Translations under genes and position numbers: made by a program
Assembly: GCA_964563025.1 (NCBI GenBank)
Contig: CAZLVK010000005.1
Coordinates: 17,468 to 81,467 of the forward strand
Reading direction: 5' to 3'
DNA from: an uncultured Bacteroidaceae bacterium
GTDB taxonomy: Bacteria > Bacillota > Clostridia > Christensenellales > CAG-917
DNA: 64,000 nucleotides
The notes under the pieces: model-generated
Seen by the model: only the letters and a program-made list of their open reading frames with translations
The model's database searches: none
Told to the model about the DNA's origin: nothing
Part shown: one piece after another, positions 30,613 to 40,131 of the stretch
Layout: each line of letters opens with the position of its first letter
How positions within the stretch are numbered: the first letter of the stretch is position 1

Positions 30613-30644
30613 AAAAAACCGCTTTCAAATCGAAAGCGGTTTTT
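30613..30644. terminator. Intrinsic terminator (bidirectional) after the Cys-rich peptide
   Basis: AAAAACCGCTTTC-AAATC-GAAAGCGGTTTTT. Confidence 0.85.
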
Positions 30645-30714
30645 CTATATCCACGCTTGTCTCGTATCACCGATACTTTCTATTTATATTCGATATAGAG
30701 AATCACGTTCATAA

Positions 30715-31131
30715 TTATTTCTTTTGTTCATAAATTTCTTTTAAGTCGTCAATCGCCATTTCCACATCCATTGTATGGAACATAAGGTAATTCACGTTCA
30801 TGGTTTCAAACGGCGCTTGCTTATATATCTTGTTGCTTTCTTCTTCCGTGTAATAATGCCAATAGCGGTAGACGTAACCCATCCAAAACAAAACGTCTTT
30901 CAAAAAAGTTTCGCGCTTTGCAACAAGTTTATCTTTACATGTTGCGATAAGTTCTTCTAAAAGATATTCTTCACCCGCCCATTGCATACGGTTATATTCC
31001 GAATCAAGGTTTTTTGCAATTTCGCTATTCATAAACGCTTTTATAAGGCTTTGGGCGTCGTATTCCGTATCGGCAAAGAGTTCAAATAACCGACCTTGTA
31101 TATCACATAATTTCAATTCCAAAGCATCCAT
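30715..31131 (-). CDS. Hypothetical helical protein, putative partner/antitoxin of the DUF3990 protein (C-terminus DUF3791-like)
   Basis: 138 aa; ATG overlaps the upstream TAA; FWMGYVYRYW and YLMFHTMDVEMAIDDL motifs; AT-rich. Confidence 0.65.
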   Translation of the reverse strand: MDALELKLCDIQGRLFELFADTEYDAQSLIKAFMNSEIAKNLDSEYNRMQWAGEEYLLEELIATCKDKLVAKRETFLKDVLFWMGYVYRYWHYYTEEESNKIYKQAPFETMNVNYLMFHTMDVEMAIDDLKEIYEQKK

Positions 31132-32006
31132 TAATTATCTCCTTTTAATGCGTCGTCCAAAATCTCGTCAAAAAATTTCCCTTCACGGCGGTGAGACTTG
31201 CAAATTTCATTGGCGAGTTCTATACCTTTCTGACGGTTGCCTTCGCTTACCTTTTGCAATACTTTCTTTTCAAAGAAGGAAAGTTCGATTTCTTTTTCTA
31301 CTTTAATTGCTTTGCACGCTTTTTCAGTAAGGGCAACGTATTGTTTGCCGAGTTGTAATGCCGACAAACTGTTTATGAGTGCTACGTCCGTTATATTCTC
31401 CAAAAAGAAGTTGTCAATAACGTAGAACATTCTGTCGTTTGCAATGCTACCGATAGCTAAATCTTTACCGCTTGTCATGGCGCTATACTTATTATAGAAC
31501 TTGCTACCTTTAATTTTTTCCATTTTGCCACGATGATAAGCAACTATCATTGCCCAATCAATATCCGCAGAAATTTCAATTGTTGTAAGTTCGCTTGCGT
31601 CAATAGATACAACGTAAAATTTTGATTCTACAAAGTCGCAGATAAGAGTAAGCGGTTGTTCGGGAGTCGTTCCCATATAAAAGCCTTTGCCAAAGTCGCA
31701 CTTTTCACGGCTTATAGGGGCAATATCTCCGACTATGCCATTTTTCGAGCCGTGATAAAGTGCAATGCGCCCGTCTTCGATTTTAAGGGAAGATACTTCA
31801 CGCTTAATCTTGTCTATAATCATATCGAAAACAGGAACTTTATATTCTTCACACAATACAAAAAGGCTTTCTCCCGCAAGACGAGTAGGTTGAGAATGTC
31901 CGTTTTCCCAACGGTTTATTGTAGCAAACTGAACTCCAATTTTTTTGGCCATTTCAGATTGACTTAGTCCGGCATATTGTCTGATTTGTTTAACAAGCTC
32001 TCGCAT
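31131..32006 (-). CDS. XRE-family HTH fused to a DUF3990 (ADP-ribosyltransferase-like) domain
   Basis: N-terminal IRQYAGLSQSEMAKKIGVQFATINRWENG (Cro/C1 HTH); LYHGS...DFGKGFY, GSIANDR and QY...TEKA motifs; AT-rich; alternative GTG start at 32012. Confidence 0.8.
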   Translation of the reverse strand: MRELVKQIRQYAGLSQSEMAKKIGVQFATINRWENGHSQPTRLAGESLFVLCEEYKVPVFDMIIDKIKREVSSLKIEDGRIALYHGSKNGIVGDIAPISREKCDFGKGFYMGTTPEQPLTLICDFVESKFYVVSIDASELTTIEISADIDWAMIVAYHRGKMEKIKGSKFYNKYSAMTSGKDLAIGSIANDRMFYVIDNFFLENITDVALINSLSALQLGKQYVALTEKACKAIKVEKEIELSFFEKKVLQKVSEGNRQKGIELANEICKSHRREGKFFDEILDDALKGDN

Positions 32007-32016
32007 AAGCACCGCC

Positions 32017-32067
32017 TATAACATTTATTACACCTTATATTATGATGATTGTTATATCTTTTGTCAA
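32017..32067 (-). promoter_or_regulatory. Promoter of the HTH-DUF3990 operon with two inverted operator sites
   Basis: Minus strand TTGACA-N17-CATAAT (32067-32039); 16-bp sites TATAACATTTATTACA (32017-32032, + strand) and TATAACAATCATCATA (32056-32041, - strand). Confidence 0.65.
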
Positions 32068-32120
32068 TAGGTTTCAACGATTAGAACAATAAAATATTTG
32101 AAAACTTTGTAGAAATTCGC

Positions 32121-32153
32121 AAAAAAAAGAACTTGAACGTTAAATCCAAGTTC
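32121..32153 (-). terminator. Intrinsic terminator downstream of glycyl-tRNA synthetase
   Basis: Minus strand AGAACTTG-GATTTAACGTT-CAAGTTCT followed by a T-tract. Confidence 0.65.
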
Positions 32154-32267
32154 TAAAATCTTTTTGATCGCCTAATGCACAATTCCCTAATAATTTTCAT
32201 TATTACAAAAACCTAATGAATCGGCACTTTGTTGGTTTTTATTGTTATTAAATTCTGTCGATTGAAA

Positions 32268-33656
32268 TCAGTATTCGAGAAGTTCGTCGAAATACGCTCT
32301 CAACCCTTCGACGGGGACGCGGACTTGCGCCATTGTATCGCGTTCACGGACGGTGACGGTGTTGTCCTCCAAAGTGTCGAAGTCGATCGTTACGCAATAC
32401 GGCGTGCCGATTTCGTCTTGTCTGCGATAGCGTTTGCCGATTGAACCGCTTCCGTCAAAGTCGCAAGCAAAGTGTTTGGTGAGGTCGTGATAGATTTCTT
32501 CCGCCTTTTCGTTGAGTTGTTTTTGGAGAGGAAGGATTGCGACTTTAATAGGTGCGATTGCGTGATGCAAGTGGAGCACGACTCTGGTGTCCCCTTCTCC
32601 GACTTCCTCTTCGTCGTATGCGTTGCAAAGGAGCGCGAGCACCATTCTTTCGACGCCGAGAGAGGGCTCGATGACGTAAGGCACGTATTTCTCGTTGGTG
32701 ACGGGATCGACGTAGGCAAGGTCTTTGCCCGAAGTCTTGATATGTTGATTGAGGTCGTAGTCCGTTCTGTCAGCGATACCCCAAAGTTCTCCCCAACCGA
32801 ACGGGAACAAAAATTCAAAGTCGGTGGTTGCTTTCGAGTAGAAGCAGAGTTCGTCCTGGTCGTGGTCGCGGAGTCTGAGGCAGTCGTCGTTCATACCGAG
32901 TTCGAGGAGCCAATCGTGGCAATATTTGCGCCAATACGCGAACCATTCGAGATCGGTGCCGGGCTTGCAGAAAAATTCGAGTTCCATTTGCTCGAACTCT
33001 CTCACGCGGAAGATGAAGTTGCCGGGGGTGATTTCGTTTCTGAAAGACTTGCCTATCTGACCGATACCGAAAGGAACCTTTTTTCTCGTGGTGCGTTGCA
33101 CGTTTTTGAAGTTGACGAAAATACCTTGCGCGGTTTCGGGACGAAGATATACGGTATTCACGCTATCTTCGGTGACGCCTTGGAAGGTTTTGAACATAAG
33201 GTTGAACTTTCTGATGCCGGTAAAATCGCTGTTCCCGCAAACGGGGCAAGTGATTTTGTGCTCGGTGATATATTCTTCGAGTTGCTCGTTGCTCCAACCC
33301 GCGATATTTTCGTCGATACCTTTTTTCTTCATATAGTCTTCGACGAGGTTATCCGCGCGGTGACGGGAGTGGCATTGTTTGCAATCCATAAGCGGATCCG
33401 AGAAACCGCCGAGGTGCCCCGACGCTTGCCATACGGACGGATTCATCAAGATTGCGCAATCGAGTCCGACGTTATACGGGCTTTCGACGACGAATTTCTT
33501 CCACCAAGCGGATTTGATATTGTTTTTGAGTGCGACGCCGAGAGGACCGTAGTCCCACGTATTCGCAAGACCGCCGTAGATTTCGCTTCCGGGAAATACG
33601 AAACCGCGGTTTTTGCAAAGAGCGACCAATTTGTCCATTGTGAGTTTGCTTGCCAT
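32268..33656 (-). CDS. glyQS: Glycine--tRNA ligase (alpha2 homodimeric type)
   Basis: [63 protein letters not shown]. Confidence 0.97.
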   Translation of the reverse strand: MASKLTMDKLVALCKNRGFVFPGSEIYGGLANTWDYGPLGVALKNNIKSAWWKKFVVESPYNVGLDCAILMNPSVWQASGHLGGFSDPLMDCKQCHSRHRADNLVEDYMKKKGIDENIAGWSNEQLEEYITEHKITCPVCGNSDFTGIRKFNLMFKTFQGVTEDSVNTVYLRPETAQGIFVNFKNVQRTTRKKVPFGIGQIGKSFRNEITPGNFIFRVREFEQMELEFFCKPGTDLEWFAYWRKYCHDWLLELGMNDDCLRLRDHDQDELCFYSKATTDFEFLFPFGWGELWGIADRTDYDLNQHIKTSGKDLAYVDPVTNEKYVPYVIEPSLGVERMVLALLCNAYDEEEVGEGDTRVVLHLHHAIAPIKVAILPLQKQLNEKAEEIYHDLTKHFACDFDGSGSIGKRYRRQDEIGTPYCVTIDFDTLEDNTVTVRERDTMAQVRVPVEGLRAYFDELLEY

Positions 33657-33683
33657 AACACACCTCTAAAATTGATTATTATG

Positions 33684-33712
33684 ATGATATATGCGCACGC
33701 GGAAAAAGTCAA
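33684..33712 (-). promoter_or_regulatory. Sigma-A promoter of glyQS
   Basis: TTGACT-N17-TATCAT, 27 nt before the ATG. Confidence 0.65.
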
Positions 33713-33777
33713 GCATTCGGCGCAACTCGCGCGCACTCACACGCTCATAATTTAGGAAACGGTGCATAAAATCTCAT

Positions 33778-34773
33778 ATGCTGACCGCCTTCAAAGTAGC
33801 GTTTTTGTTCATAGGCACGTCTATCGGCGCGGGATTTTCGTCGGGGAGAGAGATTTCACTGTTTTTCGGTGCGTCTTCTCCGTGGTGCGTAGCGTTGTCC
33901 GCCATATTCATCGCAATTTTATCCGCTCTGTTTTTGAGTGCCGGGAAACTGAAAATCATACCCGACGGTTACGCCGTCAAGATTGCCGTTTTCATCTCCG
34001 CAAGCATATCCCTATGTTCTATGCTGGCGGGTAGCGAATACATATTGAGAGAACTTTCGGGCATACCGTTGCTCGGTCTCGTCATGGCGGTTGCGGGCGG
34101 TATTCTCGTCGTCCTCGGCATTGAAAAAATCAAGTGGACAAACACTCTTATGATACCTCTGCTCGTCGTGTTGCTTTTCGTTCTATACGTCCGAATAGGC
34201 ACCCCCGTTTTTGACGGCGACTTCGACATTCTGAAACCACTGCGCTATTCGGGGCTCGATGTTTTACTCGGCGGAATTATGCTGTCGAGAGAGGGAGAAA
34301 AACTCACGAAAAAGCAAATATGTCTTAGTGCGACGTTCATCTTTGTCTTTATGTTTGTCATTCTATTTGTTCTCCAAAACGTGGTTTTATCTGACGATTT
34401 GCACTCGTCAATGCCCGTTTTGGCTGTTTCGGCAAAAGTCGGACTCAAATGGATTTGCGGAGTATTGATTGCAATCGCTATATTTACTACCCTCGTATCC
34501 GCGCTCGAAATCGTGAGTGCGTACACCTCGGATTTCCTTTCCGCGAAAAAAAAATTATCCCGCCTGTCCGCTCCCGACAAAAAGGTATTTCTGGTGTTCG
34601 GGGCACTCGTCGTTTTCTACCCCGTATCCTTCCTCGGCTTTGAAAAAATCGTGGACACCTTCTATCCTTTCACGAGTGCGTGCGGACTCGTGCTCGTGTG
34701 TTTGACAATAATTAATTTCGTCGTTCGCTACGTGAAAATTCGGCATGAAAAAGCCCGACCGAGTCGGGCTTGA
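33778..34773 (+). CDS. YkvI-like membrane protein (APC-type transporter-like)
   Basis: FIGTSIGAGFSSGREISLFF and AIFTTLVS motifs; about 10 TM segments. Confidence 0.75.
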   Translation: MLTAFKVAFLFIGTSIGAGFSSGREISLFFGASSPWCVALSAIFIAILSALFLSAGKLKIIPDGYAVKIAVFISASISLCSMLAGSEYILRELSGIPLLGLVMAVAGGILVVLGIEKIKWTNTLMIPLLVVLLFVLYVRIGTPVFDGDFDILKPLRYSGLDVLLGGIMLSREGEKLTKKQICLSATFIFVFMFVILFVLQNVVLSDDLHSSMPVLAVSAKVGLKWICGVLIAIAIFTTLVSALEIVSAYTSDFLSAKKKLSRLSAPDKKVFLVFGALVVFYPVSFLGFEKIVDTFYPFTSACGLVLVCLTIINFVVRYVKIRHEKARPSRA

Positions 34774-34784
34774 TTGCATAACGA

Positions 34785-35321
34785 TTATTCCTCTTCGTCC
34801 TCTAACTTTTTCTCGTCCTTGAACATATCTTCAAACGGCGAACGACGGCTATCCACGTCGGGCTCGTCAAGCCCTTTTATAAGGCGGTAATAGACGTCCT
34901 CTTCAAAGTCTTTTTCCTGCCCCGCGAAATCTCCGCCGAGTTCTTCCACAGCATTGCGAATTTCGATGAATTCGTTGTAGTTGAGGTCGTTTTCTTTGGC
35001 GTATGCGTTGAGCACCGCGATAGCGTCTTCGTCTCCGTATTTGCCGAGGAGGCGCGCGTAACCCGCGACATCGTAACCTTTGAAAAAGTTGCCGACGAGT
35101 CCGTTATATATGCGCTTATCCCCTTTGTATTCGCAAAGGATTTCGATGAGCATATCCGAGATTTCGCCGTCTGCGCTTTCAAATCTTGAAAGCATATCGT
35201 CGATGATTTCCTCGCAACCGTCTTGCAAATATTCGTACGCTTCGAGGCGGACGGGATAAGAGATACTCTCGTCGGTCAACACCGAGAGATTTTCGAGCAT
35301 TTCGTCCTTAGTCTTCTTCAT
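34785..35321 (-). CDS. Hypothetical acidic helical-repeat (HEAT-like) protein
   Basis: YARLLGKYGDEDAIAVL...EIRNAVEELGG; GGAG RBS before ATG 35321. Confidence 0.6.
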   Translation of the reverse strand: MKKTKDEMLENLSVLTDESISYPVRLEAYEYLQDGCEEIIDDMLSRFESADGEISDMLIEILCEYKGDKRIYNGLVGNFFKGYDVAGYARLLGKYGDEDAIAVLNAYAKENDLNYNEFIEIRNAVEELGGDFAGQEKDFEEDVYYRLIKGLDEPDVDSRRSPFEDMFKDEKKLEDEEE

Positions 35322-36981
35322 GGGAATCTCCAAACATTATTTTGCGGTATTTATTCAGCATCGTGCGACTGAGGCCGTAGCGGGAAATCGCGTCGTCAAT
35401 CGTATCGGGCTCGTCGAAGTACACTTCGCTGATGAGTGCGCCGACGATTGTTTTCATACTACGCATATGCGCGACTTTTTCAAGTTCCTTGCTTTGCCAC
35501 ACGAGTTTGTTGTCTTTGCCGAGAACGACCATTTGGTTCACTATTCCGGTGAGGCGCATAAGGTACGTCGTAGGATCTTCGTCGGTAAAAATTATATCCG
35601 AAACGCAATATCTGAGCGCATTCCTGAACGCTCCCGTCGTATGGTAATAGCAAACGGGCAACTCAATCGAAACGTCTTTGAAACGGTCCTGCGTTACGAT
35701 GCTGAAACTATACGTATAAGCACCGTCCATAAGATACGCCAGCATATTCGACATATCGTCGAATTGAAGGTCGGGACTCAAAAATCTTTCGCGATAAAAC
35801 TTCTCCGTCCACTCGGAGCGGAAAAAGGCAAGACGACCTATAATCATTGCGACGATTTTTTCGTTGCCGTCCAAAAACGCCCAGCGTATACGACTTGCGA
35901 TATGACTGTCTTCGTCTTCGAGCACTCGTTTGAGGTCCTCGTCATTGAGGCGCATATACCTTTCGATTTCACGATAGCGTCTGAGTTTTTCGGAGTACGG
36001 AAGTCCGACGTTGTATTCAACGTTTTCGGGGTTTTTCAAGTATAGTTCGATATAATAATCGGCGGCGCAGTATTCGCCGTAGATATTTTTCATCCTCGTC
36101 ATAACTTTGATAGCCTCGTCCTTTTGTCCGAGATTATAAAGCGCTTGGGACAGCCACATCATATTGTTGGGCTGAAACTCCAACTTTTCGAGCACCCTCA
36201 TCGTATATTTGACGACTTCGGCGTGCATATTGAGATTGACTGCAAGAGGAAGAACGATGAGAATTTCTTCGAGTTTTTTATAGTCGGTTTCGAGCAGTTT
36301 TTCGGTTTCGCGACAAGCCTCGTCCACCCTATCTTCCATAAGGTAGGCGGTTGCGACGGTGCTACGCACCGCGAGAGAATCCTCTTTTGCGAGCATAGCC
36401 TTGCCTTCTTCAATCACTCTGTCCACGTCGTTTTTCATCATATACGCCACGAGGATGACGTGATTTGCGGCTGCGGAAAACTTTGTATTTTCGCTGACTC
36501 TTCTTGCAATCGCAATCGCTTCGTCGAACTTCGCCGCCTGCAAAAGAGAATATGCCTTGCCGAGCATTTCTTCGCACCTGTCGGGATCTTTTTCGATGAG
36601 GCGGAACCCGCCCTTGAAATCGTCGTCGTTGCGGGACATAGGTTTGATGTCCTCGCCGAAATAACGCATATAATACGACGCCGCTTCCTCGTCGCCGAGT
36701 TCTATAAAGTTGTCCGCAAGCATATAAAAAGCACGCGCCTCGTTTTCCTCGGACGGATTCGTGTCGAGAGCGTGATAGAGCGCCGTGCTTGAAATCTGAT
36801 ATGCACCGAAATCCGAATACATTCTCCCCAAAAGGAGATACGCCATCGTACAGTTAGGATCCTCTTTCAAAGCGGATTTGAAGTACGAAATCGCTCTTTC
36901 GCTATCCCCGCCGTACATTTTTTGTTGGGCGAGTTCGACGTACTCCTTTGCGGACAAGTTGAAATCAACGATTTTCGGCAT
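35308..36981 (-). CDS. Tetratricopeptide-repeat protein
   Basis: TPR-like units AISYFKSALKEDP, AYLLLGRMYSDFG, WLSQALYNLGQKDEAIKV. Confidence 0.75.
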   Translation of the reverse strand: MPKIVDFNLSAKEYVELAQQKMYGGDSERAISYFKSALKEDPNCTMAYLLLGRMYSDFGAYQISSTALYHALDTNPSEENEARAFYMLADNFIELGDEEAASYYMRYFGEDIKPMSRNDDDFKGGFRLIEKDPDRCEEMLGKAYSLLQAAKFDEAIAIARRVSENTKFSAAANHVILVAYMMKNDVDRVIEEGKAMLAKEDSLAVRSTVATAYLMEDRVDEACRETEKLLETDYKKLEEILIVLPLAVNLNMHAEVVKYTMRVLEKLEFQPNNMMWLSQALYNLGQKDEAIKVMTRMKNIYGEYCAADYYIELYLKNPENVEYNVGLPYSEKLRRYREIERYMRLNDEDLKRVLEDEDSHIASRIRWAFLDGNEKIVAMIIGRLAFFRSEWTEKFYRERFLSPDLQFDDMSNMLAYLMDGAYTYSFSIVTQDRFKDVSIELPVCYYHTTGAFRNALRYCVSDIIFTDEDPTTYLMRLTGIVNQMVVLGKDNKLVWQSKELEKVAHMRSMKTIVGALISEVYFDEPDTIDDAISRYGLSRTMLNKYRKIMFGDSHEED

Positions 36982-38096
36982 TATTTTTTCTTTTTCTTCT
37001 TAGGATTGACGTAGGGTTGTTGCGCGGGTTTTTTATTCTTTTTCTTTGCGGGATTGCCTTGATATTCGCTCTTTTGTGCCTTACGGGTTTCCTGCAATTT
37101 TTTCTTCTTTTCGTACGCAAGGAGGTTTTTGCACTTGGTCATACCTCTGTCGACGAGGGCAATCCATTCGAGTGCGAGGATATTAAAGCCTGCGAGGAAC
37201 ATAGCCGCGTACACGATGATTGACACGGTTTTGCCCGCGATGAGGAGAAGAAGGGGCGCCGTCGAAAGCACGCCGACGACAATCACCGAAATCCAGTTGT
37301 TTGCAATGATTACGAGTGCGTCCTTCATTGCGTCCTTCAAGGAGAGATTGTAGGTGGTGAACAAACCGGTCAACACCATAATATAGGCAAGGATGGGTGC
37401 TCCGAATATAAACGAGAACACCACTCCGCAATAATCACCCGCACCCGCCACGGCAAGTTGTTGCTTTGCAAGGAGGTTGCAAAGAGCGGTGCCCATTGCG
37501 AGCATAACGAGAGTGGAAAGAGTGCCTGCAAGGAGGAACTTCCACCAGTATTTTGCAAATCCGAGCCAATAAGTGCGGATATGCTTTTTGTATACGTCTT
37601 GATAGTAGGAACGCTTTGCCGAGTAGAACTGTCCCGTCATAAACGGAGACGCGATAATCATCGCCGCCGCCATAAACATGAGGACGGGTTGATAAACTTC
37701 CCAATATAATTGCGCGACGCTCTCCGCGATGCTGTCGCCGACACCGGGATAACCGACGCCGATATTTGCCATGAAGTTGTAACTGTCCGCAAGCACGTGG
37801 TCTTGATACAACGTCAAGCCGAGCATATACGCCGCGAACACGACGACGGAGACGACGAGAAACCATATCGTAGTTCTGAACATGCTCGAATATTCTCCGC
37901 GAAAAACTTCAAACGCGCGTTTGAAGAAACTGTCCGAATACTCTTTTTTGACGGTAGCCTCGGTCATACCCGCGACGACTATTTTCTGAGGCTCGGCGGG
38001 TTCGACGACTACGTCTGCGTCAACGAAAAGATTGCCGAGGATGAACTTCGGCTCTTTTTGGGGCTTTGCGTAAGGTGATTGAGTTTGATTTGCCAT
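36981..38096 (-). CDS. Hypothetical integral membrane protein with basic C-terminal tail
   Basis: About 6 hydrophobic segments; Lys-rich C-terminus; first gene of a three-gene coupled operon. Confidence 0.65.
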   Translation of the reverse strand: MANQTQSPYAKPQKEPKFILGNLFVDADVVVEPAEPQKIVVAGMTEATVKKEYSDSFFKRAFEVFRGEYSSMFRTTIWFLVVSVVVFAAYMLGLTLYQDHVLADSYNFMANIGVGYPGVGDSIAESVAQLYWEVYQPVLMFMAAAMIIASPFMTGQFYSAKRSYYQDVYKKHIRTYWLGFAKYWWKFLLAGTLSTLVMLAMGTALCNLLAKQQLAVAGAGDYCGVVFSFIFGAPILAYIMVLTGLFTTYNLSLKDAMKDALVIIANNWISVIVVGVLSTAPLLLLIAGKTVSIIVYAAMFLAGFNILALEWIALVDRGMTKCKNLLAYEKKKKLQETRKAQKSEYQGNPAKKKNKKPAQQPYVNPKKKKKK

Positions 38097-38181
38097 AACT
38101 ACTCCTTTTATAGCATTTTACACTAACACCAAATAAATATCAAACAAATAAAATATATTTAGAGAAATTTATATCAACAAT

Positions 38182-38210
38182 TTGACATTTCGCGCGTGCG
38201 TTGGTATATT
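38182..38210 (+). promoter_or_regulatory. Sigma-A promoter of asd-dapA-dapB
   Basis: TTGACA-N17-TATATT with TG upstream of the -10. Confidence 0.7.
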
Positions 38211-38248
38211 TCTTTTAATGGAAAAGTATACGATTTCAGGAGACAAGT

Positions 38249-39259
38249 ATGAAAAAATTTAACATTGCCGTGGTCGGAGCGACCGGCATGGTGGGCAACA
38301 AATTCCTCGAAGTCCTCACCGAAAGACAACTTCCGGTAGATAACTACTACCTTTTTGCATCGTCAAGAAGCGCGGGCAAACAGATAAATTTCATGGGCAA
38401 AACCCATACGGTCATCGAACTCACCGAAGAAAACGTAATGAACCTTGCGGGCAAAGTGGATTTCGCTTTGTTCTCCGCGGGAGCGGGCACTTCCCGCACC
38501 TTTGCACCCGTATTCGTGAAAGCGGGCGCAATCGTCGTAGACAACTCCTCCGAATGGAGAATGCACGACGACGTCCCTCTCGTTGTTCCCGAAGTCAACC
38601 CCGAGGACGTGAAGTGGAATAAGGGTATCATCGCAAACCCCAACTGCTCCACCATTCAAGCGGTAGTCGCGCTCAAACCCCTCTACGACAAGTACGGCAT
38701 CAAACGCGTTATCTACTCCACTTATCAAGCGGTTTCGGGTGCGGGCGTCGCCGGTTATAACGACCTCAAAAACGGCACCAACGGCGAAGCGCCTCAAAAG
38801 TTCCCCTATCCCATCGCGTTCAATATGCTTCCCCATATTGATGTGTTCCTCGAAAACGGCTACACCAAAGAGGAATGGAAGATGATAGCGGAAACGAGAA
38901 AAATACTCCACGACGACTCCCTCCGCGTTACGGCGACCACCGTGCGCGTTCCCGTATTCCACGGACACAGCGAGTCCATCAACGTCGAGTTTGAAAAGCC
39001 CTGCACCAAAGAGGGCGTAGTCGAGGCTTTGTCCTCTTTCGAGGGAATAATCGTTCAGGACGATCCCGCGAACAACGTGTATCCCATGCCCATTTACGCC
39101 GAGAATCACGACGAAGTTTTCGTCGGACGTATTCGTCTCGACGAAAGCGTCGAAAGCGGTGTGAACCTTTGGGTTGTCGCGGATAATATCCGCAAAGGCG
39201 CGGCGACGAACGCCGTTCAAATCGTTCAACTCCTCATCAAAAACGCGACGGAGGCATAA
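38249..39259 (+). CDS. asd: Aspartate-semialdehyde dehydrogenase
   Basis: VGATGMVG, VDNSS, IANPNCST, TYQAVSGAG, RVPVFHGHS, DNIRKGAA. Confidence 0.97.
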   Translation: MKKFNIAVVGATGMVGNKFLEVLTERQLPVDNYYLFASSRSAGKQINFMGKTHTVIELTEENVMNLAGKVDFALFSAGAGTSRTFAPVFVKAGAIVVDNSSEWRMHDDVPLVVPEVNPEDVKWNKGIIANPNCSTIQAVVALKPLYDKYGIKRVIYSTYQAVSGAGVAGYNDLKNGTNGEAPQKFPYPIAFNMLPHIDVFLENGYTKEEWKMIAETRKILHDDSLRVTATTVRVPVFHGHSESINVEFEKPCTKEGVVEALSSFEGIIVQDDPANNVYPMPIYAENHDEVFVGRIRLDESVESGVNLWVVADNIRKGAATNAVQIVQLLIKNATEA

Positions 39260-39261
39260 AA

Positions 39262-40131
39262 ATGTTATTCAAAGGCACGGCAACAGCCCTCATCACCCCC
39301 TTCACCGACAACGGCGTGGACTTCCCCGCCCTTGACAGACTCCTCGACTTCCAAGTCGAAAACGGTGTCGACGCTCTCGTAATCCTCGGAACCACGGGAG
39401 AGCCCGCAACCATGACTCTCGACGAGAAAAAATCCGTCATCGAGTTCGTCGTGAAAAAACTCAAAGGCAAACTGCCTATCATCGTCGGCACGGGCGCAAA
39501 CAGCACCGCAAGCGCAATCGAAATGAGTTTGCTCGCGGAAAGCATGGGAGCGGACGGGCTTTTGGTCGTCACTCCTTACTATAACAAATGCACCCAAGAC
39601 GGTCTCGTAGCGCACTACACGGCGATAGCGGATGCGGTTCACACCCCGATTATCTGCTACAACGTGCCGGGACGCACCGGCGTGAATATGCTCCCCGCCA
39701 CTTTCGCCAAAATCGCAAAGCATAAAAACGTGGTCGCAATAAAAGAGGCAAGCGGTAATATGGAACAAATCGAAGAATGCATCCGTCTTGCGGGCGACGA
39801 CGCATCCGTCATCAGCGGTGACGACGGCATAACCGTTCCCATTATGGCAATGGGCGGTATAGGAGTTATCTCGGTCGCAAGCAACGTCATTCCCCGTTTC
39901 ACGTCGGATATGACAAGATATGCCCTCGACGGAGATTTCGCCGCGGCAAGCCAAATGCAACTCAAAATGCTCCCCCTCGTCAAAACGTTGTTCTGCGAAG
40001 TCAATCCTATTCCCGCAAAGAGGGGCGCGCAAATTCTCGGTTTCGGCAACGGAAAACTCCGTCTCCCCCTCACCGAGATGACCGAAGAAAACACCGCAAA
40101 ACTCACCGCGGCACTCAAGGAATTTCTATGA
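39262..40131 (+). CDS. dapA: 4-hydroxy-tetrahydrodipicolinate synthase
   Basis: ALITPF, GTTGE, VTPYYNK, YNVPGRTG, IKEASG, SGDD. Confidence 0.97.
   Translation: MLFKGTATALITPFTDNGVDFPALDRLLDFQVENGVDALVILGTTGEPATMTLDEKKSVIEFVVKKLKGKLPIIVGTGANSTASAIEMSLLAESMGADGLLVVTPYYNKCTQDGLVAHYTAIADAVHTPIICYNVPGRTGVNMLPATFAKIAKHKNVVAIKEASGNMEQIEECIRLAGDDASVISGDDGITVPIMAMGGIGVISVASNVIPRFTSDMTRYALDGDFAAASQMQLKMLPLVKTLFCEVNPIPAKRGAQILGFGNGKLRLPLTEMTEENTAKLTAALKEFL

Noticed and set aside
30342-30614. Minus-strand Gln-rich ORFs (90 aa and 81 aa)
   Set aside because: Antisense to the Cys-rich peptide, which has the RBS and terminator
30645-32267. IS, prophage or integrative element around the DUF3990 islet
   Set aside because: No integrase or transposase, and I found no terminal inverted repeats or target-site duplication; only composition supports a foreign origin
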